The notes below the pieces were generated by a model, which had not been told where the DNA came from, searched no databases, and was given only the letters and a program-made list of their open reading frames with translations. A program made the position numbers and the translations under genes. Positions 29,026-38,611 of a stretch of DNA of 64,000 bases are shown piece by piece (position 1 is the first letter of the stretch; each line of letters begins with the position of its first letter). The stretch is from the NCBI GenBank assembly GCA_023416965.1, contig JAEZGJ010000065.1, positions 4,573 to 68,572 on the forward strand, written 5' to 3'. This DNA comes from Pseudomonadota bacterium (GTDB taxonomy: Bacteria; Pseudomonadota; Alphaproteobacteria; Rhizobiales; Phreatobacteraceae).

Positions 29026-29781
29026 TCAGGACCGCCCGCCGTCGACGGAGAGCACCTGGCCGCTGATCCAGGAGGCTTGCTCGCCGGCGAGGAAGACGAC
29101 GGCGTGGGCGACGTCCGCGGCGGTGCCGAGGCGGCGGGTGTGAATGGAATCGAGGAGGCGTTTCTGGCCATCGGCGCCATAGGCGTTCCACTGCCGCTCG
29201 GTCGCGGGATTGGAGCGGACGAAACCGGGGGCGACGGCATTGCAGGTGATGCCGAGCGGGCCGAGGTCCTGGCTGAGTTGCTTCGTCAGCCCGACCAGCG
29301 CGTGCTTGGCCGCCGTATAGGCCTGGATGCCGGTGAGGCTCGGTCGCAGTCCGGCGCCCGAGGCGATGTTGACGATGCGGCCGAACCCGGCCTCTGCCAT
29401 GGGCACCGACGCTGCTTGGGCGAGCCAGAAGGCGCCGTCCACATTGGCCTCGAACAGCACCTTCCAGTCGCGCTCGGTGATCTCCGCGATCGGCCTGCCA
29501 ACCTGCCCGCGGACACCCCCCGCGGCATTGACCACGATGTCGATGCGGCCATGGCCGGCGATGACCGACCCGACGAGATCGTGTGCGGCCGCCCGGCTGG
29601 ACACATCGAGGACACGGGCCTCGAAGCCGTTCCCGGCGGCAAAGGCGCCGACACCCTCGGCGTCGAGGTCCGCTGCGACGATGGTCGCCCCCGCCGCCTT
29701 GAGTTCCAGCGCGATGGCCTGGCCGATGCCCTGTGCGGCACCCGTGACCAGAGCGAGCCGTCCCGTCAGGTCGATGCGCAT
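29026..29781 (-). CDS. SDR-family oxidoreductase
   Basis: TGAAQGIGQAIA Rossmann motif, NAAG, and the YTAAK catalytic motif. Confidence 0.9.
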   Translation of the reverse strand: MRIDLTGRLALVTGAAQGIGQAIALELKAAGATIVAADLDAEGVGAFAAGNGFEARVLDVSSRAAAHDLVGSVIAGHGRIDIVVNAAGGVRGQVGRPIAEITERDWKVLFEANVDGAFWLAQAASVPMAEAGFGRIVNIASGAGLRPSLTGIQAYTAAKHALVGLTKQLSQDLGPLGITCNAVAPGFVRSNPATERQWNAYGADGQKRLLDSIHTRRLGTAADVAHAVVFLAGEQASWISGQVLSVDGGRS

Positions 29782-30794
29782 GTGTCGATCAGCTCCTGGA
29801 AGGTCTCGAAGACCATGGGCTTGGCGCCGTCCTCGATGGCGTGGATCAGGTCCACCAGCTTGACGATGGCCGGGGTCGCGATCCCCACCTCGACCCCGAG
29901 TTGTGCGATCACGCCAATCTGCGGGTCGACCTCGGTGCGGCGCCTGCGCACGGCGAGATCGCGCCAGATGCCCGAGTGGGTCTTGGCGGTGTGGCGGTTG
30001 AACTCGGCCAGCGCCGCGATCGAATGCCGGGCACCCTTGGCCGGAGCTCCCGGAGCGAAGACCTCGGGATCGAAACCGTTGAAGCCGATGGGCGTGACGC
30101 CGCGCGCCCTCGCGACGGCCATCACCTCGCGACCGAGCGTCTCGAAGACGACGGTGCGGCGCGGATCGGCGAAATTCTCCGACATGGAATCGTTGGTCAG
30201 CGCCGTCGCGAAGAGCATGGCGCCATAGGCGAGCTTGCCCCAGAGATAGCCCCAGATGTTGTCGGTCAGCACCGCTTCAGGCTCGAACAGCTTGAGCCGC
30301 TCATGCATCGCCCGCGTCCGCTCACGGATCGCGCCGTCGATCTCGCCGACCACGACGGCTGCGCGATTGCCGAAAAGCACTTCGCCCGGCCCATGCCAGT
30401 CGGCGCCGAAATTGACGAAGCAGCCCATCGTCCGCGCATCGCCGACGGCCTTGGCGATGGTCAGTTCGTTGAGGCCGTTCTGGGCCGAGAGCACATAGCC
30501 GTCGGTGGCGAGATGCGGCTTGAGCTGCGCCAGCGCCGTCTCCGTCGCCTGAGCCTTCACCGCAAGGACGATGATGTCGAAGGTGCCGGTGACCTCGTCG
30601 GGCGTCGCGGCGGGAACGACCTGCGTGAAATCCTCGATGGGGCCGGAAATGTGCAGCCCCCGCGACCGGCAGGCCTCCACATGTTCGGACACCTGGTCGA
30701 CCAGCAGCACGTCGAGGCCAGCGCGCGCCCAATAGGCTCCCAGCGTTCCGCCGATGGCACCGGCTCCCCAGACCAGGATGGGTTTGTCGGTCAT
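29766..30794 (-). CDS. Ketopantoate reductase (ApbA/PanE) family oxidoreductase
   Basis: N-terminal VWGAGAIGGTLGAYWARAG Rossmann motif; 342 aa. Its end overlaps the SDR start by 16 nt. Confidence 0.75.
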   Translation of the reverse strand: MTDKPILVWGAGAIGGTLGAYWARAGLDVLLVDQVSEHVEACRSRGLHISGPIEDFTQVVPAATPDEVTGTFDIIVLAVKAQATETALAQLKPHLATDGYVLSAQNGLNELTIAKAVGDARTMGCFVNFGADWHGPGEVLFGNRAAVVVGEIDGAIRERTRAMHERLKLFEPEAVLTDNIWGYLWGKLAYGAMLFATALTNDSMSENFADPRRTVVFETLGREVMAVARARGVTPIGFNGFDPEVFAPGAPAKGARHSIAALAEFNRHTAKTHSGIWRDLAVRRRRTEVDPQIGVIAQLGVEVGIATPAIVKLVDLIHAIEDGAKPMVFETFQELIDTCAST

Positions 30795-30860
30795 GACGGT
30801 GGTTCCCGGTTGGTCGAGCAGGGAAGGTCGCGGGGCGGACCTGCCGCCCCGCGAATGGCG

Positions 30861-32456
30861 TCATCGCGCGGGACGGATGTCCATGGCGAGCGTGTCCTCG
30901 TCGACGCGCGGCGACAGCATCACTTTGGCCTTGTTCATCGCCCAGGCCGAGGAGACCGCCACGATGGGCAGGCGCTGCTTGTCGGCGTCGACCAGGGCAT
31001 TGGCCTCCTCGAGCAGTCGGCGGCGCTTGGCCTCGTCCATCTCGACGGCGGCTTCCTGGAGCAGCTTGTCCATGGCCGGATTGTTGTAGCCGAGCACGTT
31101 GAAGGCCCCCATCCGCCGCTCGCGGTCATTGGAATGGGCGAGCGAGGACAGGGTGTAGTGCGCCTCGCCGGTCAGCGTGCCCCAGCCCGACATGGAGACC
31201 GACAGCTCCCCGCGGGTGCGTGCGGGGAAGAAGACCGCCGCCGGCTGGGCATTCGGCTGGGCGTCGATGCCCACCGCGGCCAGCATCTGCGCGATGGCGG
31301 TTCCGACCTCACGATCTCCGGGCAGCCGGTCGCTGGTGAAGGAGAGCTGCATGCGGAACCCGTTGGGATAGCCGGCCGCCGCCAGCAGGCGTCTGGCTTC
31401 GGCGGGGTCGTGGCGGCGCGCCGGCAGGGCCGTGTTGAAGCCGAAAATGGTGGGCGTGACCATCTGGTTGACCGGCTTGCCGAGCCCCTCCATCGCCACC
31501 TCGGCGAGGGCGTTGCGGTCGATGGCAAGATCGATGGCCTGGCGCACGCGCAGGTCACGGAACGGATTCGACGGCAGGGCCGAACCGTCCTTGGCCGTGA
31601 CGTTGTTCGGCTTCTCGCGCATGTCCATCTCGAGGTTGAACACGTAGACCGTGTCGACCGTCTGCACTGTGAGACGGTTGTCCCGGCGCAGCGTCGCAAC
31701 ATCGGAGGACGGCACGCGCGTGATCAGGTCGAGCTGGCCGGCGCGCAGCTGGGCGACGCGGGCGGCGTCGTTCGGAATTTCGCGACGGACATGCCGCTCC
31801 CACGGCTCCTTCGGTCCCCAGTAGCCGTCGAAGCGGGCGAGGACGAGTTCGCCGCGCGGCTGCCACGACACATAGCGATAGGGTCCGGTGCCGACGGCGG
31901 CGCGGCCGGAATTGAAGGCCTCGTTGGCGTTTTCGCGGGTCAGTCCGGCGGCCGCCTTCGACGAGACGATGAACAGGCGGATGAAGTCGTTGGGCAGGTT
32001 TGGCGCCGGGCCGTCGGTCACCACGTGGAGGGTGTGGGAATCGATGATCTTCGTTTCCTTGACGCGCCGGACGTAGATGGTCGTCGGGTTCGGGCCTGAG
32101 ACCGTGGGAATGCGCTCGATGGAGAACTTCACGTCCTCGGCGGTGAAGTCCGAACCGTCGTGAAACTTGACCCCGCGGCGCAGCTTGAACTCCCAGGTCG
32201 TCGCGTCGATCGCCTTCCAGCTCTCCGCCAGGCGCGGTTCCAGCTCCAGTCCCCTGCCGGACCAGACCAAGGTGTCGAAGACGTGCTTCAGCGCCTCCGC
32301 GTGGGTTCCGGTCGCGGTGAAATGCGGATCGATCGATTCCGGTCCGCCGCGGACGCCGATGGTCAGCGTCTGTGCCGCGGCCGGGGAGCCGGAAGCGGCA
32401 CCGAGGGCGGCGACGCCGAGGAGACCGAGCATGAGGGAACGTCTGAGAATACGCAT
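30861..32456 (-). CDS. ABC transporter substrate-binding protein, family 5 (peptide/nickel/opine type)
   Basis: ATG 32456-32454 (MRILRRSLMLGLLGVAALGAASGSPAAAQ signal peptide). Family-5 hallmarks: LVWSGRGLELEPRLAESWK ... WEFKLRRGVKFHDGS. Track ORF 30861..33857 is over-extended. Confidence 0.85.
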   Translation of the reverse strand: MRILRRSLMLGLLGVAALGAASGSPAAAQTLTIGVRGGPESIDPHFTATGTHAEALKHVFDTLVWSGRGLELEPRLAESWKAIDATTWEFKLRRGVKFHDGSDFTAEDVKFSIERIPTVSGPNPTTIYVRRVKETKIIDSHTLHVVTDGPAPNLPNDFIRLFIVSSKAAAGLTRENANEAFNSGRAAVGTGPYRYVSWQPRGELVLARFDGYWGPKEPWERHVRREIPNDAARVAQLRAGQLDLITRVPSSDVATLRRDNRLTVQTVDTVYVFNLEMDMREKPNNVTAKDGSALPSNPFRDLRVRQAIDLAIDRNALAEVAMEGLGKPVNQMVTPTIFGFNTALPARRHDPAEARRLLAAAGYPNGFRMQLSFTSDRLPGDREVGTAIAQMLAAVGIDAQPNAQPAAVFFPARTRGELSVSMSGWGTLTGEAHYTLSSLAHSNDRERRMGAFNVLGYNNPAMDKLLQEAAVEMDEAKRRRLLEEANALVDADKQRLPIVAVSSAWAMNKAKVMLSPRVDEDTLAMDIRPAR

Positions 32457-32600
32457 GGAATCCTCCCGGGGCTGACCCCACCCCTGCCCTCGCGGCAAGC
32501 GTGTCGGTGCCCATTCAAATGGCGTGCACAGCAGGTAGTCAATCCCTTGTGGAACTTTCTGCTGCCGATATAGTGGGCTGAGAGCGGAAGGAAGTTCGAT

Positions 32601-33134
32601 TTGGAACTGGTTGAGCGCGAGCAGGACATCGCCGAGCCGGAGGTGGCGAGCGCCGAGAGGCGGCTTGACGCCTTCACCCATGCCCGCCTCTGGAAGAACC
32701 CCTGCGGCTTCGCCGCGCGCTTCAACTACCTGGCCCTCCGCTACAACCAGCCGCTCTACGGCTGGGTCGAGGAGCGTTTCGGACTGTCGCGGCCGGAATT
32801 CGTCATCCTCTACAGCCTTGGCCTCATGGACGGAGTCACGGCCTCCGAGATCGCCTCCTCGACCGCTTTCCCGAAGAACACCCTGAGCCGCGCGGTCAGC
32901 CGCCTGGCGAAGCTGGGTCTCGTGGCCCGCGGCACGGACGCCTCGGACCGCCGGGCGCAGCCGCTGCGGTTGACCGGCTCCGGACGCGCCCTGCTCGACG
33001 AGGCCATGCCTCGCTTCGTGGCGCTGGAGGAGGAGATGCTGCAGCCTCTCTCGCTGGTCGAGCGCGAGCTTCTGTCGACCCTGATGGCGAAGGTCGTGCT
33101 CGGCATGTTCCACGCCAACGACCCACCGGACTGA
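32601..33134 (+). CDS. MarR-family transcriptional regulator
   Basis: TTG start with GGAAGGAAG upstream. Winged HTH: LSRPEFVILYSLGLMDGVTASEIASSTAFPKNTLSRAVSRLAKLGLVARGTDASDRR. Confidence 0.8.
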   Translation: MELVEREQDIAEPEVASAERRLDAFTHARLWKNPCGFAARFNYLALRYNQPLYGWVEERFGLSRPEFVILYSLGLMDGVTASEIASSTAFPKNTLSRAVSRLAKLGLVARGTDASDRRAQPLRLTGSGRALLDEAMPRFVALEEEMLQPLSLVERELLSTLMAKVVLGMFHANDPPD

Positions 33135-33146
33135 GGACGGCACGCC

Positions 33147-33848
33147 ATGCGCATCGCCGAAATGAACTGGATGCAGGTCGAGGGCCATGTGAAGGGCGAC
33201 GACCGCGCGGTGCTGCCGGTCGGATCGACGGAGCAGCATGCCGGCCTCAGCCTCTGCGTCGACGCCATTCTGGCTGAAAAGGTCGCGGTGGAAGCCTGCG
33301 CGCCCATCCATGTCCCGGTCTTCCCGGTGGTGAACTATGGCCTGACCCCGAGCTTCGTCGACTATCCCGGAACGGTGACGCTGCGCCTGTCGACGCTCTG
33401 CGCCGTCGTGACCGACATTCTCGACGGCATCGCCCGCTCGGGCTTCCGCCGCATCACCATCGTCAACGGCCACGGCGGCAACTCCCCCGTCCATGGGGCG
33501 GTGCTCGAATGGCTCGACCGCAATCGCGGCCATCAGGTGAAGTGGCACAATTGGTGGAACGCGCCGAAGACCTTCGCCAAGGTGCAGGCGATCGATCCGG
33601 TCGCCTCGCATGCCTCCTGGATGGAGAACTTCCCCTGGACGCGTCTGCCCAATGTCGGGGCGCCAGATCGGCAGAAGCCGATGCTGGACCTCGGCCGGTT
33701 CCAGCAACTCGACCCCGGCGCCAAGAAGGCGCTGCTCGGCGACGGCAACTACGGGGGCTTCTACCAGCGGCCCGACGAGGACATGCAGGCGATCTGGGAC
33801 GTGGCGGTGGAGGAAACCCGCGCCGTCATCGCCGACGGCTGGGCCTGA
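33147..33848 (+). CDS. Creatininase-family amidohydrolase
   Basis: LPVGSTEQHA, followed by ITIVNGHGGN and ASHASWMENF, as in creatinine amidohydrolase/MftE-type metalloenzymes. Confidence 0.8.
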   Translation: MRIAEMNWMQVEGHVKGDDRAVLPVGSTEQHAGLSLCVDAILAEKVAVEACAPIHVPVFPVVNYGLTPSFVDYPGTVTLRLSTLCAVVTDILDGIARSGFRRITIVNGHGGNSPVHGAVLEWLDRNRGHQVKWHNWWNAPKTFAKVQAIDPVASHASWMENFPWTRLPNVGAPDRQKPMLDLGRFQQLDPGAKKALLGDGNYGGFYQRPDEDMQAIWDVAVEETRAVIADGWA

Positions 33849-33855
33849 GGCCGCC

Positions 33856-34830
33856 ATGCTCGGCTACGTCATCCAGCGGCTGATGCAGGCCCTCGTGGTG
33901 ACGCTGGTCATCTCCGTTCTCGTCTTCTGCGGCGTCTATGCCATCGGCAACCCGATCGACGTTCTGCTCTCGCCTGATGCCACGCAGCAGATCCGCGAGG
34001 AGGCGATCCGCACCTACGGCCTCGACCAGCCTCTGTGGAAGCAATACCTCGACTTCCTCGGTCGGCTCATCCAGGGGGATTTCGGCCGCTCCTTGGTCTT
34101 CGGCATGCCGGTACTGCCGCTGATCCTGTCGCGGCTTCCGGCCACCCTGGAACTGACGCTTGTCGCCGTCGTGGGCGCGACCCTGATCGGCGTGCCGCTC
34201 GGCATGTATGCCGGCTACAGGCCGCAGGGTCTCGCCTCCCGTGCCATCATGGGCCTGTCGATCCTCGGCTTCTCCGTCCCGACCTTCTGGATCGGGCTGG
34301 TCCTCATCTTCATCTTCGCCGTCCAGCTCGGCATCCTCCCCGCCGGCAACCGGGGGGAAACCCGTGAATTCCTCGGGACTGACTGGAGCGTGCTGACGCT
34401 CTCCGGCTGGCAGCACCTGTTCCTGCCGGCAATGAACCTCGCCCTGTTCAAGTTCGCCATGATGGTGCGCCTCGCCCGCGCCGGCACCCGCGAACTCATG
34501 CTCACCGACACGGTGAAGTTCGCCCGCGCCGCAGGGGAAAGCGAGTGGACCATCCTGCGCCGCCACGTGCTGCGGCTGATCGCCATCCCCATCGTCACGG
34601 TGTTCGGACTGGAGTTCGGCTCGACGCTCGCCTTCGCCGTGGTGACGGAGACGATCTTCTCCTGGCCGGGGGTCGGCAAGCTGATCATCGATTCCATCAA
34701 CACTCTCGACCGGCCGGTCATGGTCGCCTACCTCATGCTCGTCGCCTTCTTCTTCATCGTCATCAACCTCCTGATCGACATCGCCTATGTGGCGCTCGAC
34801 CCGCGCCTCAGGCTCCGGAGGGCGACGTGA
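33856..34830 (+). CDS. ABC transporter permease (DppB/OppB-like)
   Basis: Starts MLGYVIQRLMQALVVTLVISVLVF. Multi-TM product. Track ORF trimmed to ATG 33856. Confidence 0.9.
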   Translation: MLGYVIQRLMQALVVTLVISVLVFCGVYAIGNPIDVLLSPDATQQIREEAIRTYGLDQPLWKQYLDFLGRLIQGDFGRSLVFGMPVLPLILSRLPATLELTLVAVVGATLIGVPLGMYAGYRPQGLASRAIMGLSILGFSVPTFWIGLVLIFIFAVQLGILPAGNRGETREFLGTDWSVLTLSGWQHLFLPAMNLALFKFAMMVRLARAGTRELMLTDTVKFARAAGESEWTILRRHVLRLIAIPIVTVFGLEFGSTLAFAVVTETIFSWPGVGKLIIDSINTLDRPVMVAYLMLVAFFFIVINLLIDIAYVALDPRLRLRRAT

Positions 34831-35705
34831 GCGACAGTCCGCTGGCCCGCTTCTGGGACGAATTCCGCGGCAATCGAGTGGCGGTTCTGGCGCTGGCGGT
34901 GGTTGCCGCCATCATCGTGCTTTCGCTGGCGGCTCCGTGGATCACGCCGCAAAACCCCTACGACATGGCGACGCTGCGCCTCGCCGACGCGCGCCGGCCG
35001 CCCGGCTTCGTCAGCCCCGGTACCGGCATCACCCACTGGCTCGGCACCGACGGCCAGGGGCGCGACGTTCTCTCGGCAATCCTCTACGGCCTCAGGGTCT
35101 CGATCGAGATCGGCCTCGCCGCCGGCATCATCGCCTTCTCGCTGGGAGCGACGCTCGGCACCTTCGCAGCCTATTTCGGCGGCAGGATCGAGGCGCTGAT
35201 CATGCGCTTCATCGACCTGCAGCTGTCCTTTCCGGCCATCCTCCTCGCCTTGGTGCTCGCCGCAGTCCTTGGTCAGGGGAAATGGCAGCTCATCGCCGCC
35301 CTCGTGACGGCCCAATACGCCTATTTCGCCCGCACCGCGCATGGCGCCGCCTCGTCGGAGCGATCCAAGGACTATGTGGAGGCCGCACTCTCGACGCCCC
35401 TCAAGCCGCGCACCGTGGTGCTGCGCCATATCCTGCCCAACTGCCTCCCCCCGCTCATCGTCGTGGCGACCGTGCAGGTCGCCAACTCCATCGCGCTGGA
35501 GGCGACCCTTTCCTTCCTCGGCCTCGGCCTGCCGGTCAGCGAGCCCTCCCTCGGCATGCTCATCGCCAACGGCTTCCAGTATCTCCTCTCAGGCCGCTAC
35601 TGGATCTCGATCTATCCAGGCATCGCGCTCATCGTCCTCATCGCCTCCATCAACCTCGTCGGCGACCAGGTGCGCGACCAGTTGAACCCGAGGCTGCGGC
35701 GATGA
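34827..35705 (+). CDS. ABC transporter permease (DppC/OppC-like)
   Basis: GTG 34827 overlaps the upstream TGA. Contains WLGTDGQGRDVLSAILYG, typical of DppC. Confidence 0.9.
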   Translation: MSDSPLARFWDEFRGNRVAVLALAVVAAIIVLSLAAPWITPQNPYDMATLRLADARRPPGFVSPGTGITHWLGTDGQGRDVLSAILYGLRVSIEIGLAAGIIAFSLGATLGTFAAYFGGRIEALIMRFIDLQLSFPAILLALVLAAVLGQGKWQLIAALVTAQYAYFARTAHGAASSERSKDYVEAALSTPLKPRTVVLRHILPNCLPPLIVVATVQVANSIALEATLSFLGLGLPVSEPSLGMLIANGFQYLLSGRYWISIYPGIALIVLIASINLVGDQVRDQLNPRLRR

Positions 35706-36676
35706 GCGAGCCCCTTCTCGTCGTCGATCGCCTGACCACGGAATTCCCCACCCGCGCCGGCATCGTCCGGGCGGGCAGGGAGGTCTCCTTCCACGTCCAT
35801 GCCGGCGAAATTGTCGGGCTCGTCGGCGAATCCGGCTCCGGCAAGAGCGTCACCGGCTTTTCCATCCTCGGGCTGATCGACCCGCCGGGGCGCATCGCCG
35901 GCGGCTCCGTGAAACTCGAGGGCCGTGAACTGGTCGGCCTGCCCTCCCGCGAATTGCGCGGCGTCCGCGGCCGCGAGATCGCGATGGTGTTCCAGGATCC
36001 GGCCGCAACGCTCAATCCTGTCCTCAGGATCGGCGACCAGATGGCGCTCGCCATCCATGCCCACGAGCGTGTCGGCGACGCCGCCGCCCGGGAGCGCGTC
36101 GCGGATGTCCTGACACTCGTCGGCATTCCGGATGCCGCGCGCAGGCTCGATGCCTATCCGCACCAGTTCTCCGGCGGCATGAGGCAGCGCGTCGCCATCG
36201 CCACCGCGCTCCTCAACCGTCCGAAGCTCATCATCTGCGACGAGCCGACCACGGCCCTCGATGTCTCGGTGCAGGCCCAGATCCTCACCGAGATGCGCTC
36301 GCTCGCCCGCGACATGGGCACGGCGATGATCTGGATCAGCCACGATCTCGCGACGGTCTCCTCGCTCGCCTCGCGCATCCTCGTCATGTATGCCGGCCGG
36401 GTGATCGAGGAAGGGCCGATCCGCGAGGTGCTGTCCGCGCCGCGCCATCCCTATACCCGCGGCCTCCTGGATTCGCTGCCTGCCAAGGCTGTCGCGGGAC
36501 AGGACCTCGCCCAGATTCCCGGCGCGCCGCCCTCCATGGTCGCGCTGCCCGGAGGTTGCGCCTTCGCCCCGCGTTGCCCGCGCGCCGACCTTGCCTGCGA
36601 CGCCGACCCCCAGCCCGCGGGCGAGGCGTCACGGCGCTGGCGCTGCCACCATCCGCATCGGGAGGCCGAGGCATGA
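35702..36676 (+). CDS. ABC transporter ATP-binding protein (DppD/OppD-like)
   Basis: Walker A GESGSGKS, signature FSGGMRQRVAIATAL, Walker B LIICDEPTTALD. ATGA overlap with the upstream gene. Confidence 0.9.
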   Translation: MSEPLLVVDRLTTEFPTRAGIVRAGREVSFHVHAGEIVGLVGESGSGKSVTGFSILGLIDPPGRIAGGSVKLEGRELVGLPSRELRGVRGREIAMVFQDPAATLNPVLRIGDQMALAIHAHERVGDAAARERVADVLTLVGIPDAARRLDAYPHQFSGGMRQRVAIATALLNRPKLIICDEPTTALDVSVQAQILTEMRSLARDMGTAMIWISHDLATVSSLASRILVMYAGRVIEEGPIREVLSAPRHPYTRGLLDSLPAKAVAGQDLAQIPGAPPSMVALPGGCAFAPRCPRADLACDADPQPAGEASRRWRCHHPHREAEA

Positions 36677-37716
36677 GCGAGGTTCTCGTCCGCGTCGACA
36701 ATGTCTCCCGCCGCTTCACCCCCTCGGTGACGCTCGGCGAGCGCATCGCCGCCCTGCTCGGCGCGCCCGTGGAGACCCGGACGGTCCACGCGGTGGACCG
36801 CGTTTCGCTCGACATCGTCGAGGGCGAGGTTCTGGGCCTCGTGGGCGAATCCGGCTGCGGCAAGTCCACCCTCGGCCGTGTGGTCGCCGGCATCCACGCG
36901 CCCAGCGAGGGCGAGGCCTATGTCCATGGCGAGCCGGTCATGGGCCGGGGTAAGAGGCGGGTGAAGACGACGACGCGCGTCCAGATGATCTTCCAGGACC
37001 CGTTCGGGTCGCTCGATCCGCGCGTACGCATCGGCGAGACCATCGCGGAGGGCCCGGTCGCCCACGGGCTCGTCGCCCGCGCCGATGCCAAGGCGGACGT
37101 CGCCCGCTGGCTGACGGCGGTTGGACTTCCGGCGGACGCCGCCGAACGCTTCCCCCACCAGTTCTCCGGCGGACAGCGCCAGCGCATCGCGATTGCCCGG
37201 GCGCTGGCCATGCGGCCCGACATCCTCGTCTGCGACGAACCCGTCGCGTCCCTCGACGTGTCCATTCAGGCACAGATCATCAACCTGTTCCTGAAGCTGA
37301 GGCGCGAGCTGAAGCTCACCATGCTGTTCATCAGCCACGACCTCGGCGTCGTCAGGCACATCTGTGACCGGGTGGCCATCATGTATCTCGGCCGCATCGT
37401 CGAGATCGGGCGCACGGAGGACATCTACGAGCGGCCAGCGCACCACTATACCCGCGCCCTGCTCGACAGCGTTCCGAAGCTGGTGACGGAGGGCGACGGG
37501 TTCGTCACTTTCCGGCCGATCCAGGGGGAACTGCCCTCGCCGCTCTCGCCGCCGCCGGGCTGCCATTTTCACCTGCGCTGTCCCGCCGCCAGCGCGCTCT
37601 GCCGCACCGAGGCTCCGGCCTTGCGCGACATTGCGGCGGGCCAGCGCGCCGCCTGCCATCATCCGCTGACCGACGACACAGGAGAAGATCGCCATGGAAC
37701 CGTGGGACTGGGCTGA
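36673..37716 (+). CDS. ABC transporter ATP-binding protein (DppF/OppF-like)
   Basis: Walker A GESGCGKST, signature FSGGQRQRIAIARAL, Walker B ILVCDEPVASLD. Confidence 0.9.
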   Translation: MSEVLVRVDNVSRRFTPSVTLGERIAALLGAPVETRTVHAVDRVSLDIVEGEVLGLVGESGCGKSTLGRVVAGIHAPSEGEAYVHGEPVMGRGKRRVKTTTRVQMIFQDPFGSLDPRVRIGETIAEGPVAHGLVARADAKADVARWLTAVGLPADAAERFPHQFSGGQRQRIAIARALAMRPDILVCDEPVASLDVSIQAQIINLFLKLRRELKLTMLFISHDLGVVRHICDRVAIMYLGRIVEIGRTEDIYERPAHHYTRALLDSVPKLVTEGDGFVTFRPIQGELPSPLSPPPGCHFHLRCPAASALCRTEAPALRDIAAGQRAACHHPLTDDTGEDRHGTVGLG

Positions 37717-38572
37717 GGGCGAGTGGCGCGGACGGGTGAACCGGGTCCGCGCGGGCAAATCGCTGAAGCCAGCCGCATGGCCGGGCGGTGCGCGCTGCGC
37801 CGTGGCGCTCTCTTTCGATTCCGACCACGAAACCAATGAGCTGAGGGACGGCGGAAATTCCATCGGCCGCATGTCCTGGGGCCAGTACGGGGTGCGCAAG
37901 GGCATTCCCCGCATCCTTTCGCTCCTCGCGAGGGAATCCGTGAGGGCCACCTTCTTCGTGCCCGCGGTCGCCGCCATGCTGCATCCCGACGAGCAGCGCC
38001 GGGTCATCGCCGAAGGGCACGAGATCGGCCTCCACGGCTGGATCCACGAGCTGAACTCGGTGCTGCCGGAGGCGGTGGAGCGCGACCTGCACTTCCGTGC
38101 CGCGGATCAGCTCGAGGCGATCACCGGCGTGCGGGCGGTGGGCATGCGCACGCCCTCCTGGGACTTCTCGCCATCGACGCAGAAGATCCAGCGCGAGCTC
38201 GGCCTGATCTACGATTCCTCGCTCATGGCCGACGATGATCCCTACGAACTGGAGGAGGACGGCGTGCCGACCGGCATCGTCGAACTGCCGGTCGAATGGA
38301 TCCGCGACGATGCGCCCTATTTCAACATGGATCGCTTCAAGGGGCTGCGGCCGCATACGCCGCCGCCCGCTGTGCTCGACATCTTCATCCGCGAATTCGA
38401 CCGGGCCCACGAGGAAGGCGGGCTGTTCCTCCTCACCATGCACCCCCACGTGATCGGCTATCGATCCCGGATCTTCATCGTCGAGGAACTCATCCGCCAC
38501 ATGAAGGCGAAGGGCGGCTGCTGGTTCGCCACCCATGCCGACATCGCCCGGTATTGCGCGAAGGGGCTGTAG
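37694..38572 (+). CDS. Polysaccharide deacetylase (NodB-fold) family protein
   Basis: GGAGAAG lies 6 nt upstream of ATG 37694. Motifs: ALSFDSDHE, ATFFVPA, HEIGLHGWIHE. Confidence 0.8.
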   Translation: MEPWDWAEGEWRGRVNRVRAGKSLKPAAWPGGARCAVALSFDSDHETNELRDGGNSIGRMSWGQYGVRKGIPRILSLLARESVRATFFVPAVAAMLHPDEQRRVIAEGHEIGLHGWIHELNSVLPEAVERDLHFRAADQLEAITGVRAVGMRTPSWDFSPSTQKIQRELGLIYDSSLMADDDPYELEEDGVPTGIVELPVEWIRDDAPYFNMDRFKGLRPHTPPPAVLDIFIREFDRAHEEGGLFLLTMHPHVIGYRSRIFIVEELIRHMKAKGGCWFATHADIARYCAKGL

Positions 38573-38611
38573 TCGCCCTGCCAGCGCGCCATCCGTGGAC
38601 GGGAGCGCCGG

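Noticed and set aside
28864-30228. 454-aa plus-strand ORF opposite the SDR and ketopantoate-reductase-family genes
   Set aside because: It is antisense to two genes with clear Rossmann and catalytic motifs. Its own translation is low-complexity (G/A/R/D rich) with no recognisable domain.
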